Positions 1 to 12,557 are shown, counted from the first letter of the whole stretch. The stretch is 63,565 nucleotides of DNA, filler included, from Octopus bimaculoides (GCF_001194135.2; 4 parts of 4 records of this genome joined end to end with filler, not necessarily neighbours in it), one strand, 5' to 3'. Numbers and translations: made by a program. Notes: generated by a model not told the origin, from the letters alone.

Positions 1-126
1 AAAAATAAGAGGAATGACCAGCAAAAGTGGACTCCTATAGGCTAGAAATAGATGCCAAATCATCTAACCACGAAAAATATGTTCTCAGTAAGGAGTCCAC
101 TTTTGCTGGTCATTCCTCTTATTTTT
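1..126. repeat. Perfect 36-bp inverted repeat with 54-bp spacer (fold-back/MITE-like; may extend beyond window start)
   Basis: 1-36 aaaaataagaggaatgaccagcaaaagtggactcct is the exact reverse complement of 91-126. Confidence 0.9.
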
Positions 127-221
127 GTATGTAATATAATTTTAATCTTCGATTTTTTTTAATATGCTAGACCACTGGTTTTAATTGATTAATATCAATT
201 TCTACCCTTATTAATAAATTT

Positions 222-253
<32 letters not shown>

Positions 254-1259
254 AGTAGGTATGTACCTTAGTTTCCATTCATGTACACACGGACACAAAC
301 ACACACATATATTATTAATAAAATACCCAAAACAAATATGATATTCAATGCTTTGCGAAACATACACATGTTTCATCAAAATACCAACATGATTACATAA
401 TAGCTGTTGAAACATTATATATAATCTTGTAGTTCACCTCTTTGGTGATCAGTGAGAATTACCATGACTCCTGGTGTTATATATATACATATTTATATCC
501 TGAAAATTCCATGCAGCCTTGGCTTTGTTGTCTCATTTTATTTAACATACATACGTATGTGTGTGTGTGTGTGTGTGTGTGTGCGTATAGATATTAAAAT
601 TTAAGTATGAAGTACATGTACAATTTTCAGTCATTATTACTACATTTGGAATTTAAATAAATTTACTATTTACTTGATATATAAATCACTTGTAATCAGC
701 TGTCATGTTTCTGTATCCTCAAAATTGTCAGCAAAAATGGATTCTGCAGAATGGCAATGTTTCAAGAATCATTATATTCTCATCAGCAATAAATTACATT
801 ACGTTTCAGCAATATATATATATATATATATATATGTGTGTATGTGTTAGTGTACATGTGTGTGTGTTTGTGTGTATTTTATTTGTGTGTGTCTATCTTC
901 GTGTTTGCGTTTACTGTTGTATGTAATGATGTAGTGTCAAAACATATAATATCGTAAATCAATCAAGAGAGAGATTGATATATTAAATATCTATGAAATC
1001 TATCAGGATAAATAAATTGATGTATTAAGTACCAGACAGAAATAATAACAGCATGTCGATTTGATCAACTAAAACCCTTTTAGAGCAGTGCTGTAGCATG
1101 ACCAATATCAAACGATGGAAGCTAGTGATGGCTTATTATTTCCCTTTTGACTGGTTATTAATCATCAAGTGATTGTTTATCGTCCACAGCATTATGTAAT
1201 GTATTTTGGATTCATTATTAAACATCACATTCCCTGATCGCATTCTCTCTCGGATATAC

Positions 1260-1760
1260 TTTTGTCTTGTCTAATATCATTTTTCCTATTCTTCCAAATT
1301 TTCTTGTAGAAAATCATATTCCATTTTCCTCATATCCCATTTCCTACTGTAATATCCCATCTTCCTGTCTAATATCACATCTCTTTATAGATATATTATA
1401 TTTCCGTGTCAAATATCATATTCCCTTGTCTGATATCGGATTCCTTTGTTTAGTGTAATATTTTTTTCTTCCAACTCATATCCCATCCCATTCTGATTTT
1501 ACAATTTGTTGTCACACATCCTATTTTACCAGTCTAATACTTTATTCCCTTATCAAACAGCACACTTCATTGTCAAATACTTCTCGTTCACTTTTCTAAT
1601 ATCTCATTCTTGACTGATCTTCTACTTCATTTGATATATAATATTCCTTTCATAAATATCTTGACACCATATTTATCCCATTTTCTCCTGTAATATAATG
1701 CTCCCTTCTCTAATATCCCAATCCCTAATTTAATATCACGTTCCCTTCACTGATATCAAT
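1260..1760. repeat. Degenerate ~20-bp minisatellite (consensus approx. TTCCYTGTCTAATATCMCAT), roughly 24 units
   Basis: Recurring (t/a)aatatc/tgatatc core at ~20-bp spacing with pyrimidine-rich linkers. Confidence 0.6.
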
Positions 1761-2024
1761 CCAGACCAGGAACCACCAAATAGGTTGCACTTTATTGGAT
1801 TTCTTTAGGTGTTTGAATAATTTCAGAAATAAAGCCGATAATACGGAAGAATTTTGTGAAAAAAAACATGCAAAGATGCAGTATAGATCTTGAATTTATA
1901 CATGATCCAAATATTCTTGTGTGCCGTGTCAGATTTCCATGTCAAAAACCACATTTCCATGCAGAATATCAAATTTCAAAGAAATAAATTAATTCTTATA
2001 TTTATATTTTTCATAATTTCATTC

Positions 2025-2059
2025 CTAACATTTTTTTTCTTTTTCTTTTCCAGGTAAGC
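2025..2059 (+). other. Candidate recursive splice site (branch point, polypyrimidine tract, CAG|GTAAGC)
   Basis: ctaac 2025-2029; uninterrupted pyrimidines 2031-2051; AG 2052-2053; GTAAG 2054-2058. Confidence 0.55.
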
Positions 2060-2321
2060 CAATTGCAATTTTTGTGCTCTACAACAAGAAAAGGATTAAA
2101 AAAACCCCCAAAAACCCAAAAATGTTTTCTCGAATACTCTAAAGTCTTTCATTCTTCATATCACTATACCGAATTGGAATGGAGATTCTGGCAAGTAAGA
2201 AATGTCACGTAACATCGATAGCACTATTTTCGTAAAGAATGATCTACCAAACACATCATATATCTATCTATTGTGGCTTTTGTTAATATTGTATTTTGAT
2301 CTAAATTAATTTCTGAACACC

Positions 2322-2367
<46 letters not shown>

Positions 2368-2556
2368 NNNNNNNNNNNNNNNNNNNNNNNNNNNNNNNNN
2401 NNNNNNNNNNNNNNNNNNNNNNNNNNNNNNNNNNNNNNNNNNNNNNNNNNNNNNNNNNNNNNNNNNNNNNNNNNNNNNNNNNNNNNNNNNNNNNNNNNNN
2501 NNNNNNNNNNNNNNNNNNNNNNNNNNNNNNNNNNNNNNNNNNNNNNNNNNNNNNNN

Positions 2557-2693
2557 ATTATATTATATTATATTATATTATATTATATTATATTATATTA
2601 TATTATATTATATTATATTATATTATATTATATTATATTATATTATATGATATTATATTATATTATATTATATTATATTATATTATATTATAT
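2557..2693. repeat. (ATATT)n pentanucleotide microsatellite
   Basis: Directly visible next to an assembly gap. Confidence 0.95.
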
Positions 2694-3128
2694 ATAAACG
2701 TAAAATTTAAGGCAGAAAATGCAGAAATATTGATGAACAACAATTGACTTATGTGAGTTATTTATTAATTTAAAACAAAAAATAGACTGTTTTGAATAAA
2801 TAAATAATAATTGATTTAAGTCAATTGTTGATCACCAATATTTCTTCATTTTCTGTTTTCTTTAAATTTTAATTCTTGGTAAACTCCTGTTTATCCTTGT
2901 CTTTACCTATAATTCATGAGCATAATATACTTGCGTTTGTATACACACACATACACACATATGCATATATATGTATATATCATTTGAAATTTTTATATAA
3001 TATCTGAAATTTCTAATGCAACTAATACTGAGAATTTTAGCTTTATTATGTCTAATGTAAAGATATATGGGCAAATGTGAATGTAGGCTTTAAATCGTCC
3101 AGCAACAGAGAAAGGAACATGTTTGGAA

Positions 3129-3173
3129 TGTTCTAACTAGTTTCATCGCTATTTAAAAATTCATCAGAGAACA
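3129..3173 (-). ncRNA. Minimal type-I hammerhead ribozyme-like motif
   Basis: Minus strand: tgttct CTGATGA atttttaaatagcgat GAAAC ta GTT agaaca; 6-bp perfect stem I, palindromic AACTAGTT, weak stem II. Confidence 0.55.
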
Positions 3174-3807
3174 AGTATCAGCATTTTTGCATATAGTAGA
3201 GCAATAGATAACTTATTGCTATTTATATCAAGCACAAACCAGAACTTTGTTAAAGTTAAAAATAACAAGTCTAAATTTCATAACTGTATTCACTAGTAGA
3301 TCAAGGTATTAAGGATGAAGATAAAAAGAAATCTATGAATAATATAATGGTAGATGGAACATCCGTGTACGTGCACGCACACACATACATATATCAACAA
3401 ACATATTTCTCAATGTAACAGCATTTATAAAAAGAAAAATATTGAGGAACTTGCCAGGATCCGAATCAGAAATCTTTTTATTCATTGTGAAATGTCTTAT
3501 CAATTGTTAGCCTTCAATTAAATAAAAAAAAAAAAAAAAAAACATGGCTGAAACAGCTGTAGTGAATCTCAGCCCATCAGTGTTATTATTTATGAATACA
3601 TCTATATATGTTTACACTCTCATGCATATAATTACCTGTATATCCTTTTAAGGACAAATACACACACAAATATATGCGTATATGTATACAATAAAATTTA
3701 TAAAGTGCTTATTACACAGAGTGGTCATGTGCACTACAATACAAAATACAGATAAAATATATATATAAACATGTATAATCACAGATATTCATACATACAC
3801 ATACATG

Positions 3808-3873
<66 letters not shown>

Positions 3874-4480
3874 TAGGGTGGATGCAAAGTAGGTATGCAT
3901 CAAAGATTGGTAATAAAATCCATATTACTTTTACAAATTTATTGAAAACAAATCATACATGTTCTTTATTACATGGGGAAAATGAAAGTAAATCTTCATA
4001 TTTCAATGTAGAGACAAACCACCCACCTCGTATTACAGGCATCAGTCTTTCTACAACTCCATTCTGCTCTCTCAACTGAGCTACTGAATGACATATATAC
4101 ACAGGTACATAAATGTATGTGCGTAAAAGAACCAATCAAATTTGGGGTGGGGGTGTTGCAGAAACACGTGTACTTCTTAAGTGTGGTGTAATGATGATAC
4201 TGCATTTGAACATATTTTTGTGAACGTATTCTTGTATGATAACAGATTGCTTACTTACTTATCTTAGCCTTGTATTATAATGATGTGTAGGAGATACGAT
4301 ATCTATACAGAGTCTAGTGATGAAAACCATCGTGCAGTGGAAGTTGTTGCTAAAATAAGAAAGTAGGTTTCTCATATATGTGTGTGCATATGCATGTTGA
4401 TGAAAATGTATGTGTTTATGTGCACATGTTTAGTAACTATGTCTATTAGAACATATGTGTACATACACACACAAATTTGT

Positions 4481-4522
<42 letters not shown>

Positions 4523-4981
4523 AGACATTTACAAGAGAAAAGTTACACAATGTGCCTCCCCAGACTAAAGATATAAATATTATATATTAATTATTAAATA
4601 TACAAAACTATTTCCCATTTACTATAAAATAAAAAGAAAAAAGATGATGAATTCATTCATAGAAATCAGCTTAAAATCAATGCATGGAATTCATTAGATT
4701 TTCATGTTGGACACCGACATAATTATCGCTGCCTTTCAAGTTCAAAATATACACTTAGTATGTAATATCATTATTGCCATTTGCCATGAGTCCAGCCCCA
4801 AAATGAATTACATATATTGTCATGAACGCTCATATTGTTCTGCCTTTTGTTAAGTGATGTTACAGTCGCAAAGATTAATCACGCATGTGTTACATTGCAT
4901 GTTGTGGGTGATTCAGATTATTTTTAAAGAAATGTTCTTTTTTTATGCTGTGAATAGGTGAATATATAAAATAGTAGTAAA

Positions 4982-5022
<41 letters not shown>

Positions 5023-5076
5023 CTTATAAGAAATTTGGATGATAAAAGAATAAACAGTCATGTAATGAAGTTTATT

Positions 5077-5144
5077 AACTTACAGTTGTTTCTGCTATAA
5101 GATGCAATGCACTCAAATTTGAGTGCTTCAGCTTCATCAGAACT
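5077..5144 (-). ncRNA. Type-I hammerhead ribozyme-like motif with extended stem II
   Basis: Minus strand: agtt CTGATGA agct..gcactcaaatttgagtgc..agca GAAAC aact GTA agtt; stem I has two G-U pairs. Confidence 0.45.
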
Positions 5145-5636
5145 TCAATCATTGAAGCGCAATTTTATTTGGGAAAACATTGGGACATACCAGCAGATGG
5201 TACTTACACCATTTTGCATACTGTCTTAGATGATGATTTAGCGTGCATCAGAACTTATTCGCATACATGGTATTGACAAGTCACAAAAATGACAAAACAT
5301 CAATATGTGTCGCTCCTGAATGAGTTATGCCACTTGTCAATGACTTCCAGGTGTTTTAACACCAGGTGCATTGATGAGAATATATTCTCTTATGCCTATA
5401 AGTGCACCTGCCCACGAACTAGCAAAATACATACCTGTGTTGGATGTTGTATCTGTCATTCTATCTCTATTCCCAGGACACTTTTTTTTTATTTATTGAT
5501 AGTTCTCATTTTTTATGTCTGTTTTTACATCTTTTCTATTTGATATTGTTTATATCTCTCGAGTGTCTCTCTAGTATATTTATATATATATATACATATA
5601 AATACAAACACACACATATACAAATGTATATATATA

Positions 5637-5691
<55 letters not shown>

Positions 5692-5957
5692 TAAAATAAG
5701 CAACAACAATATTCAAAGTTAATGCAGTAAATCGTTTCATGCCACTCCAACTTTGAATATCCTTGTTGCTTATCTTGATTTTAATCACCTTATTTTGGAA
5801 TTGCTTGGATAATACCATACTTAATTCTGGTGCCTAAACTTAAGTACCACATTCACCTTGAATCTAAATTTTTTATATGTATATATATATATAAATTCAA
5901 ATTACGCTGAAGGTAAACAAACAAACTTATATATAAATATGTACATCCACCATATGT

Positions 5958-6016
<59 letters not shown>

Positions 6017-6308
6017 AGTAAAAATAAATACAAAAAAGGTTTTTTTTTGTATGATTGTGTATAGAGGAGTATATTATTTTGTTTAAAAGAGTTCCAGCAC
6101 TGCCTGTTTTTTATGTTTTATTTATATTCCTGCAGAACCAATGTGTGGTATAGAATATGGAATATACAATATATAATATAATATACAATATATAATATAA
6201 AATAAAATAAAATAAAAACGGATGGCACCATGAAATAAAGTATTGAATGTAGATGAAATATTGAGTGTTCAATATAAAGGATCAAATATATAAATATAAG
6301 TATATAAA

Positions 6309-6348
6309 GGCGACTCGAGTTTCAGGGCTATTTCCCTTCGTCATGGCC
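6309..6348 (-). ncRNA. Minimal type-I hammerhead ribozyme-like motif (one extra A in core)
   Basis: Minus strand: GGC C(A)TGACGA AGGG aaatag CCCT GAAAC tcga GTC GCC; perfect stems, canonical GUC triplet, palindromic ACTCGAGT. Confidence 0.6.
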
Positions 6349-6699
6349 GGTATGACAGACTTTATAATTCTAAAACTCAGTATGACTGAACTTTTAATAA
6401 TGTACATTTGTTATAATCCTCACAGAACATTTACACTGATATTACTATCTATCCCTGTGAAATGAATTGAAATTTCTGAGAACATTTGAACATTTAATGG
6501 TTTAAACATGCTTGTCCATTTTTTACATTGTAACTTTAAACTCTCGTAAGCTCTTTTCTCTTTTTTAAATATTTGCACCATTAATAAGCAAAAAATTGTT
6601 GAAACTAGTTTGGCAAAGAATAAGCCTATTCAAAAATGATTACACATTTTTTTTTGATTCAGGTGCATTTTCAAACCTCAAAATAAATTCTCCTATACA

Positions 6700-7205
6700 T
6701 ACAGGGTGGGGTGAATAAATTGTCTAAATTATGCAAAACTGAAAATAACACTGACGTCTCATTTGAACAGATATATTTATCAAAATTATATAAAAATATC
6801 TTGAAATACTAAAGACTAAATTTATTCAATAAAATCGCCATTGGCTTCAAACATGGCCTCCAGACAACTTTGGAATCTTCTGCAACTCTTCTGGATGGTC
6901 TCCTAGTTTAAATTGATGAATGCTGTCATGATCCTTGTCTTCAGTTCATCTTTGGTGATACAAGGAGTTTTGTTGGTCTCTTATTCAACTGTGCCCCACA
7001 CATAATAATGGTCAGATGCTAGGAGTGATGTGGTTGCAGAAATTTTCTGAGAGCCATGACTGGGTTCTCCTGCTTGTGTAGCATGGTGCAGAGTCTTGTT
7101 GCTAGACATAGGGTCTTCCAGCTGCTACCGTCTTGACCCAGGGCAGCACTACCTCCTCCAGGTACTTGATGTAGGCCTCCATGTTGTGTCTGAGACCTTA
7201 GGACT
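6700..7205 (-). mobile_element. Tc1/mariner (DD37D/maT-like) transposon 3' remnant with decayed transposase C-terminus and TIR
   Basis: Minus translation NMEAYIKYLEEVVLPWVK...QQDSAPC...YYVWGTVE...CRRFQSCLEAMFEANGDFIE*, with in-frame stops; TA-CAGGGTG terminus at 6700. Confidence 0.8.
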
Positions 7206-7331
7206 TAAATATATATAAAATAATAGAATATACACAGACATAGACATGCACCTATATATACACATACAACACATAAGCATATACGTAGAAACACTGTATA
7301 CATACATATATATATAATCCATAGATATATT

Positions 7332-7526
7332 GGCACAGACATGGCTGTGTAGAAAGAAGCTTCCCAACTACATCGTTCTGGGTTCAGTCCTACTGTATGC
7401 CACCTTAGACAAGTGTCTTCTACAATAGCCATGGGCTGACCAAAGCCTTGTGAGTGGATATAGTTGACAGAAACTGAAAGAAGCCTGTTCTTTTTATACA
7501 TGTATATATACATATATGTGTGTGTG

Positions 7527-7567
<41 letters not shown>

Positions 7568-7788
7568 GTGTCTTGGTGTCTTTGTATATCTGCACTTGAC
7601 AACCAGCGTTGGTTTGTTTATGTTCCCATAAACTAGGGGCTCAGTAAAAGAGTCCGATAGAATAAGTACTAAGCTTAAAAAATTAGTACTGAGGTCAAAT
7701 CTTTCGACTAAAAATTCTTCAAGGTGGTGCTCCAGCATAGCCAGAGTCTAATGACTGAAACAAGTCCTAGAATAAAAGAACAGAAGAA
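7332..7788 (+). mobile_element. tRNA-derived SINE family A (CORE-like), with internal (TA)/(TG) microsatellite
   Basis: A-box TGGCTGTGTAG, B-box GGTTCAGTCC, CACCTTAGACAAGTGTCTTC core, 3' end GGTGCTCCAGCA..ATGACTGAAACAAG shared with other copies. Confidence 0.85.
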
Positions 7789-9399
7789 TTGCTTTTGACC
7801 GAGAAACCTAAGCAATAAAGGGGTCAGAGCAGCTCAAAATACCATTTCTGAAATTCGGAACACCTTAAAGTGTTAATACCCACAACGTCTCTCTCCCCCT
7901 ACTCCATGTCTATGGCCTAAATTGTGCTATTTTTTCTAAAAATCTATTTTTACTTCTGTCTCTTTTTTCTTTATCTATTTTCTAATTTCGATCTGTCTGT
8001 GCATTGTGCAGGTGATATCTATAAATGTGTGTAAGTAGGGTTAGAAAAGAACAAGAAGAAAGATGGGGGTGGGGTTGCGTCGGTGGGTGATAGTCCTAAA
8101 ATAAGGAATCTCCTTAGCATTGATGATGATAAATTAAATTCTTTGACAGATGGACTTTCCTTTTTATTCCAAGAGTTTGAAGAATCAAATCGAAAGCAAG
8201 CAAGCTTTAAGTGGGGTTGATGGCAGAGGTAATAATCCACCTTGGAGAAATAATGGAGAAGCAGTGACGTGGGGTTGGTGCTGCAGTGCGGTGTGGTGAT
8301 GGTGTTGTGGTGGTAGTAGTGGTGACAGTGGCAGCAGTGGTGGTTGTGATGGCAGGGGTCTTGGAGGAATTGTTCTAAATCTATTGAGGTTAGCTGGAAC
8401 TGATAGCACATTACACATATACATCCATACACACACATACACAGATATATATAAATATATNNNNNNNNNNNNNNNNNNNNNNNNNNNNNNNNNNNNNNNN
8501 NNNNNNNNNNNNNNNNNNNNNNNNNNNNNNNNNNNNNNNNNNNNNNNNNNNNNNNNNNNNTAGCAGGTGTCAAAACGAAAATAAATAAAGAAATAAGTTA
8601 ATCACAGAGACGATAATTTTTTAATTGAGCCCTCTACTTCCATCCATTTCAACACCAATATCACCATTGATACCAGTGCCGACACAACACCAGAGTGACC
8701 TCTATCAAATACCATTGATGATGCTAATGGTAATATTAATATCAATGTTAATACTAACACTGATACTAGTGTTAATGTGCCATTGATGGATGGCACCAAT
8801 ATCACTTGCCGTTAGTAGTACTAACACCAGCACCACCACCACCACCAATATCACGAACACCACCAACACCACCGCTGCTGCCACTGGCACTGCCGCTGCC
8901 GTCGCTGCCACCACCGCTAACAACAATAACGGCAACACCACCACCACCATAAAAAAACTAACACCGACACCAGCTTCACACTCCTATGATCGAAGCAGGT
9001 AGAAAAATTAGAGATTATAGGCTCCATATTGCTCCATTTTCAAAGATATTAATTTTCAATGGAGATTTACTTGCTCTTTCTAGCAGGTCAAGTAACCACA
9101 ACGAAGCCCTTTGATTGACTGATTAAGAGTCATTGCTGTCGTTGTTTGACCACATGTCGACCCTCACAGGGCAGGCATGCAGTTAAAAGTGGGTTCCTGA
9201 TGTGACCATCCAGTTGTTTTATGTATTCAATGTGTTTTTATTTTTTTCTGTTCAAAGAGGAAAGGGTGCAATTCGAGGTAATTAGGCTGCCATTTCGGGA
9301 TGGTTGAACCACTGCATAGAGCCACCCCCACACCACCTCCCCCCTCCCCTCATAGTTTCGAGAAGTTTACTCCTGTTTGGAAGCGGTACAGTTTTGATG

Positions 9400-9765
9400 A
9401 GGATAATAATTGCAATAATGATGATAATGGTGAAGATTATGTTGATGATGATGATGCTGGCGTTGATGATGATGATGGTGATGAGGATAATGATGGTGAT
9501 GGTGATGATGATGACAATGATTGAGATGGTGCACTTGTGAATAATGACGTAGATGATGATGATGATGATGATGATGATGGTGGTCATGATGATGGTGTTA
9601 ATGTTGATGATGATGATCGAGATGTAGTTATGAGTAATAATGTGGATGATAATGATGGTCATGATGATGATGATGGCGGTGGTGGTGGTGGTGTGGTGGT
9701 AATAGTGATGATGATTATGACGATCGAGATGTAGTTGTGAATAATGATGTGGATGATGGTGAAGA

Positions 9766-9796
<31 letters not shown>

Positions 9797-10055
9797 AATG
9801 ATGATGATGATTCAGATGGCTGCATGAAGGATAATGATGTTGATGATAGCCAACATCACCTCCAGCACCACACACCACCACCAACACCACTATCATCATC
9901 CTCATTATCATCATCATCATCATCATCATCATCACCAACAACAACTTCTTCATCATCATGAACATGATGACGATGATAATAATGTTGATAACAATAATGG
10001 AAATTATGATGATGACGTTGATGATGATGATAATTGTGGTGATGATGACGATAAT
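9400..10055. repeat. (GAT)n/(CAT)n trinucleotide tract with ~100-bp higher-order repeat
   Basis: gagatg(t/g)..(g/a)tga.taat.a.gt.gatgat motif recurs at ~9524, 9619 and 9725. Confidence 0.7.
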
Positions 10056-10507
10056 GGCAAAAAAATAAGAAAATAAAAACAATCAAGAAATATTACCCGC
10101 CTTGGAAAACAAAAACAAAAACCAAAAACCAAAAACCAAAACCAAACAAAAAAAAGACATCAAGAGCAGAATAATGCCTGTTATTCTTCCCCATCTGAAT
10201 TTTGCATTCGGTGTTATTATTTGGTGAGAATAATTATAATTACCTTGCTCGAAGAACTGCAGCCAAGTGAAGTGGTTCGGAATTGGTCTCACAGACAAAC
10301 GTAATTATCGTTATTATTGATATGAATCTAGGTGGTGGGTTAGGTAGCCATGGGTGGAAGGAAGAGAAGCGAGGTGATGGCGGCAGCGGTGGTGGTGGTG
10401 GTGGTGGTGGTGGTGGTGGTGGTGAATGCACGAAATATCACACATGAGAAAAAAAAGTGTGGCTTCACATAGAAAATAAAGTTTGTTTGTTTGTTTGNNN
10501 NNNNNNN

Positions 10508-10985
10508 TCTATCAAATCCACTCACAAGGCTTTGGTCAGCCCGAGGCTATAGTAGAAGACACTTGCCCAAGGTGCCATGCAGTGGGACTGAACCCACAAC
10601 CATGTGGTTCGTAAGCAAGCTACTTACTACACAGCCATAGACTGTGGCCATGCTGGAGCACTTCCTTGAAGAATTTTTATTCTTTTTCCTTTTGATCAAA
10701 GGAATTGACCACTGTGCTTTTGTTTCGGAGGCAAGCCTGATACTTAGTCTATCCTTCTCTATTGTTGAACTGCTAAGTAATGGAGACGTAAACACACCAA
10801 CAAAAACAGACACACACACATTTATATACAACAGGATTATTTCAGTTTCGGTCAACCAAATCTACTTCAAATACTTTGACCAGTCCGAGGCTATAGGAGA
10901 GAAACTTGACTGAGGTACAATACAGGGGGACTGAACCCAGAACCATGTGGTTGGGAAACAAGCTTCTTACCACACACCCACACAT
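10508..10985 (-). mobile_element. Two head-to-tail SINE family A copies (10508-10638 and ~10641-10985)
   Basis: Reverse-complement matches to the family A head, core and 3' end. Confidence 0.8.
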
Positions 10986-10986
10986 G

Positions 10987-11019
<33 letters not shown>

Positions 11020-11464
11020 GCGCGTGTGTATGTATGTGTGTATTTATGTATATATGTATGTATATATAAATATAAAAATGGAATGAAAACGCAATAGAGG
11101 AAAATAAAACATCCAGACAGATAGACAATACAGAGGTGGACTGGAAAAAACAACAAATAGATGGAAAGAAAAAAAACAAGGATGGGTCATTTGTGGCCTT
11201 CTCTCTTCAGTCAAGTTTCCAGATTGTCCTTACAGTTTCGGGCAGATACACTATGTATGTATATATATGAGTGCATAATGCCATAACACATACACAATAC
11301 ACACGTGCATATACGCCTAGATGCTGTTTTTATTCAATTTCCTGCGATCAATATATATATCAATATATTTTGTTAATGAAGCCGACTGTACAGTGTTAAA
11401 AAGCATCATTACCAGAACTTATATACACTATATATATACACATATACATACATATATATATATA

Positions 11465-11520
<56 letters not shown>

Positions 11521-12516
11521 CACACATACACATATATATATGCATATATATGTATGTATATATATATGCATAAATGTATATATACATANNNNNNNNNNNN
11601 NNNNNNNNNNNNNNNNNNNNNNNNNNNNNNNNNNNNNNNNNNNNNNNNNNNNNNNNNNNNNNNNNNNNNNNNNNNNNNNNNNNNNNNNNNNNNNNNNNNN
11701 NNNNNNNNNNNNNNNNNNNNNNNNNNNNNNNNNNNNNNNNNNNNNNNNNNNNNNNNNNNNNNNNNNNNNNNNNNNNNNNNNNNNNNNNNNNNNNNNNNNN
11801 NNNNNNNNNNNNNNNNNNNNNNNNNNNNNNNNNNNNNNNNNNNNNNNNNNNNNNNNNNNNNNNNNNNNNNNNNNNNNNNNNNNNNNNNNNNNNNNNNNNN
11901 NNNNNNNNNNNNNNNNNNNNNNNNNNNNNNNNNNNNNNNACATACACACACACACATGTATACATACATAAATACATGGTCGTTAATATATAGATATCTT
12001 ACACCTAATAAAATAGATGACAAAATGAAAGAAGAATGAAAGCAAAAAAAAAAAAAGAACAAGCTACATCAAAAATGAGGAAAAAATCTTCTGGAAAGTA
12101 AAAACGCAACATCACACTGCAGTGCTCAGACATGCATGGAGGTGTATATTGGAATATGTGCATTTTTGGTGCAAATGTACGTGTTACTTGAGTGACTATA
12201 CGAAAATTAACACCCATGCAAACATTTCCAATCAATTGGTATCACAACTTTTAATTATGAAAATAAAAGAAAGAGCAATTAGGAAAAAAATACAATGAGT
12301 GAATATCATTTATAAATAAATGAATAAATAAATAAATGAAAAAATATGTCTCTGTGTGTGTATACATGCATATATACGTATATATATGCATATACATATA
12401 TACATATACATATATACATATACTCACACACACATATATTCATATATATATATGTATATACATGTATATGCATATATATGCATAGACACACACACACACA
12501 CATATTTATATACACA

Positions 12517-12557
<41 letters not shown>

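Noticed and set aside
759-790. Minus-strand CTGATGA-GAAT/ATTC-tt-GAAAC
   Set aside because: Core and stem II are present but no GUH, stem III or stem I can be formed; possibly a decayed hammerhead.
3549-3565. GAAACAGCTGTA half-motif (similar half-motifs at 4162, 28379, 50177 and 60566; lone CTGATGA at ~16222)
   Set aside because: The CUGANGA core or its partner half is missing; such half-hits are expected by chance.
3872-4075. Tc1-like terminus after (TA)n (and a similar one at ~15545)
   Set aside because: No partner TIR and only marginal transposase similarity.
8602-10086. Thr-, Asp-, His- and Ile-rich ORFs on both strands
   Set aside because: Translations of trinucleotide microsatellites; no splice context or domain.
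11396-12062. Long ORFs made of YI/CV/HT repeats and X runs (and all similar ones in the window)
   Set aside because: Artefacts of dinucleotide repeats and N gaps.
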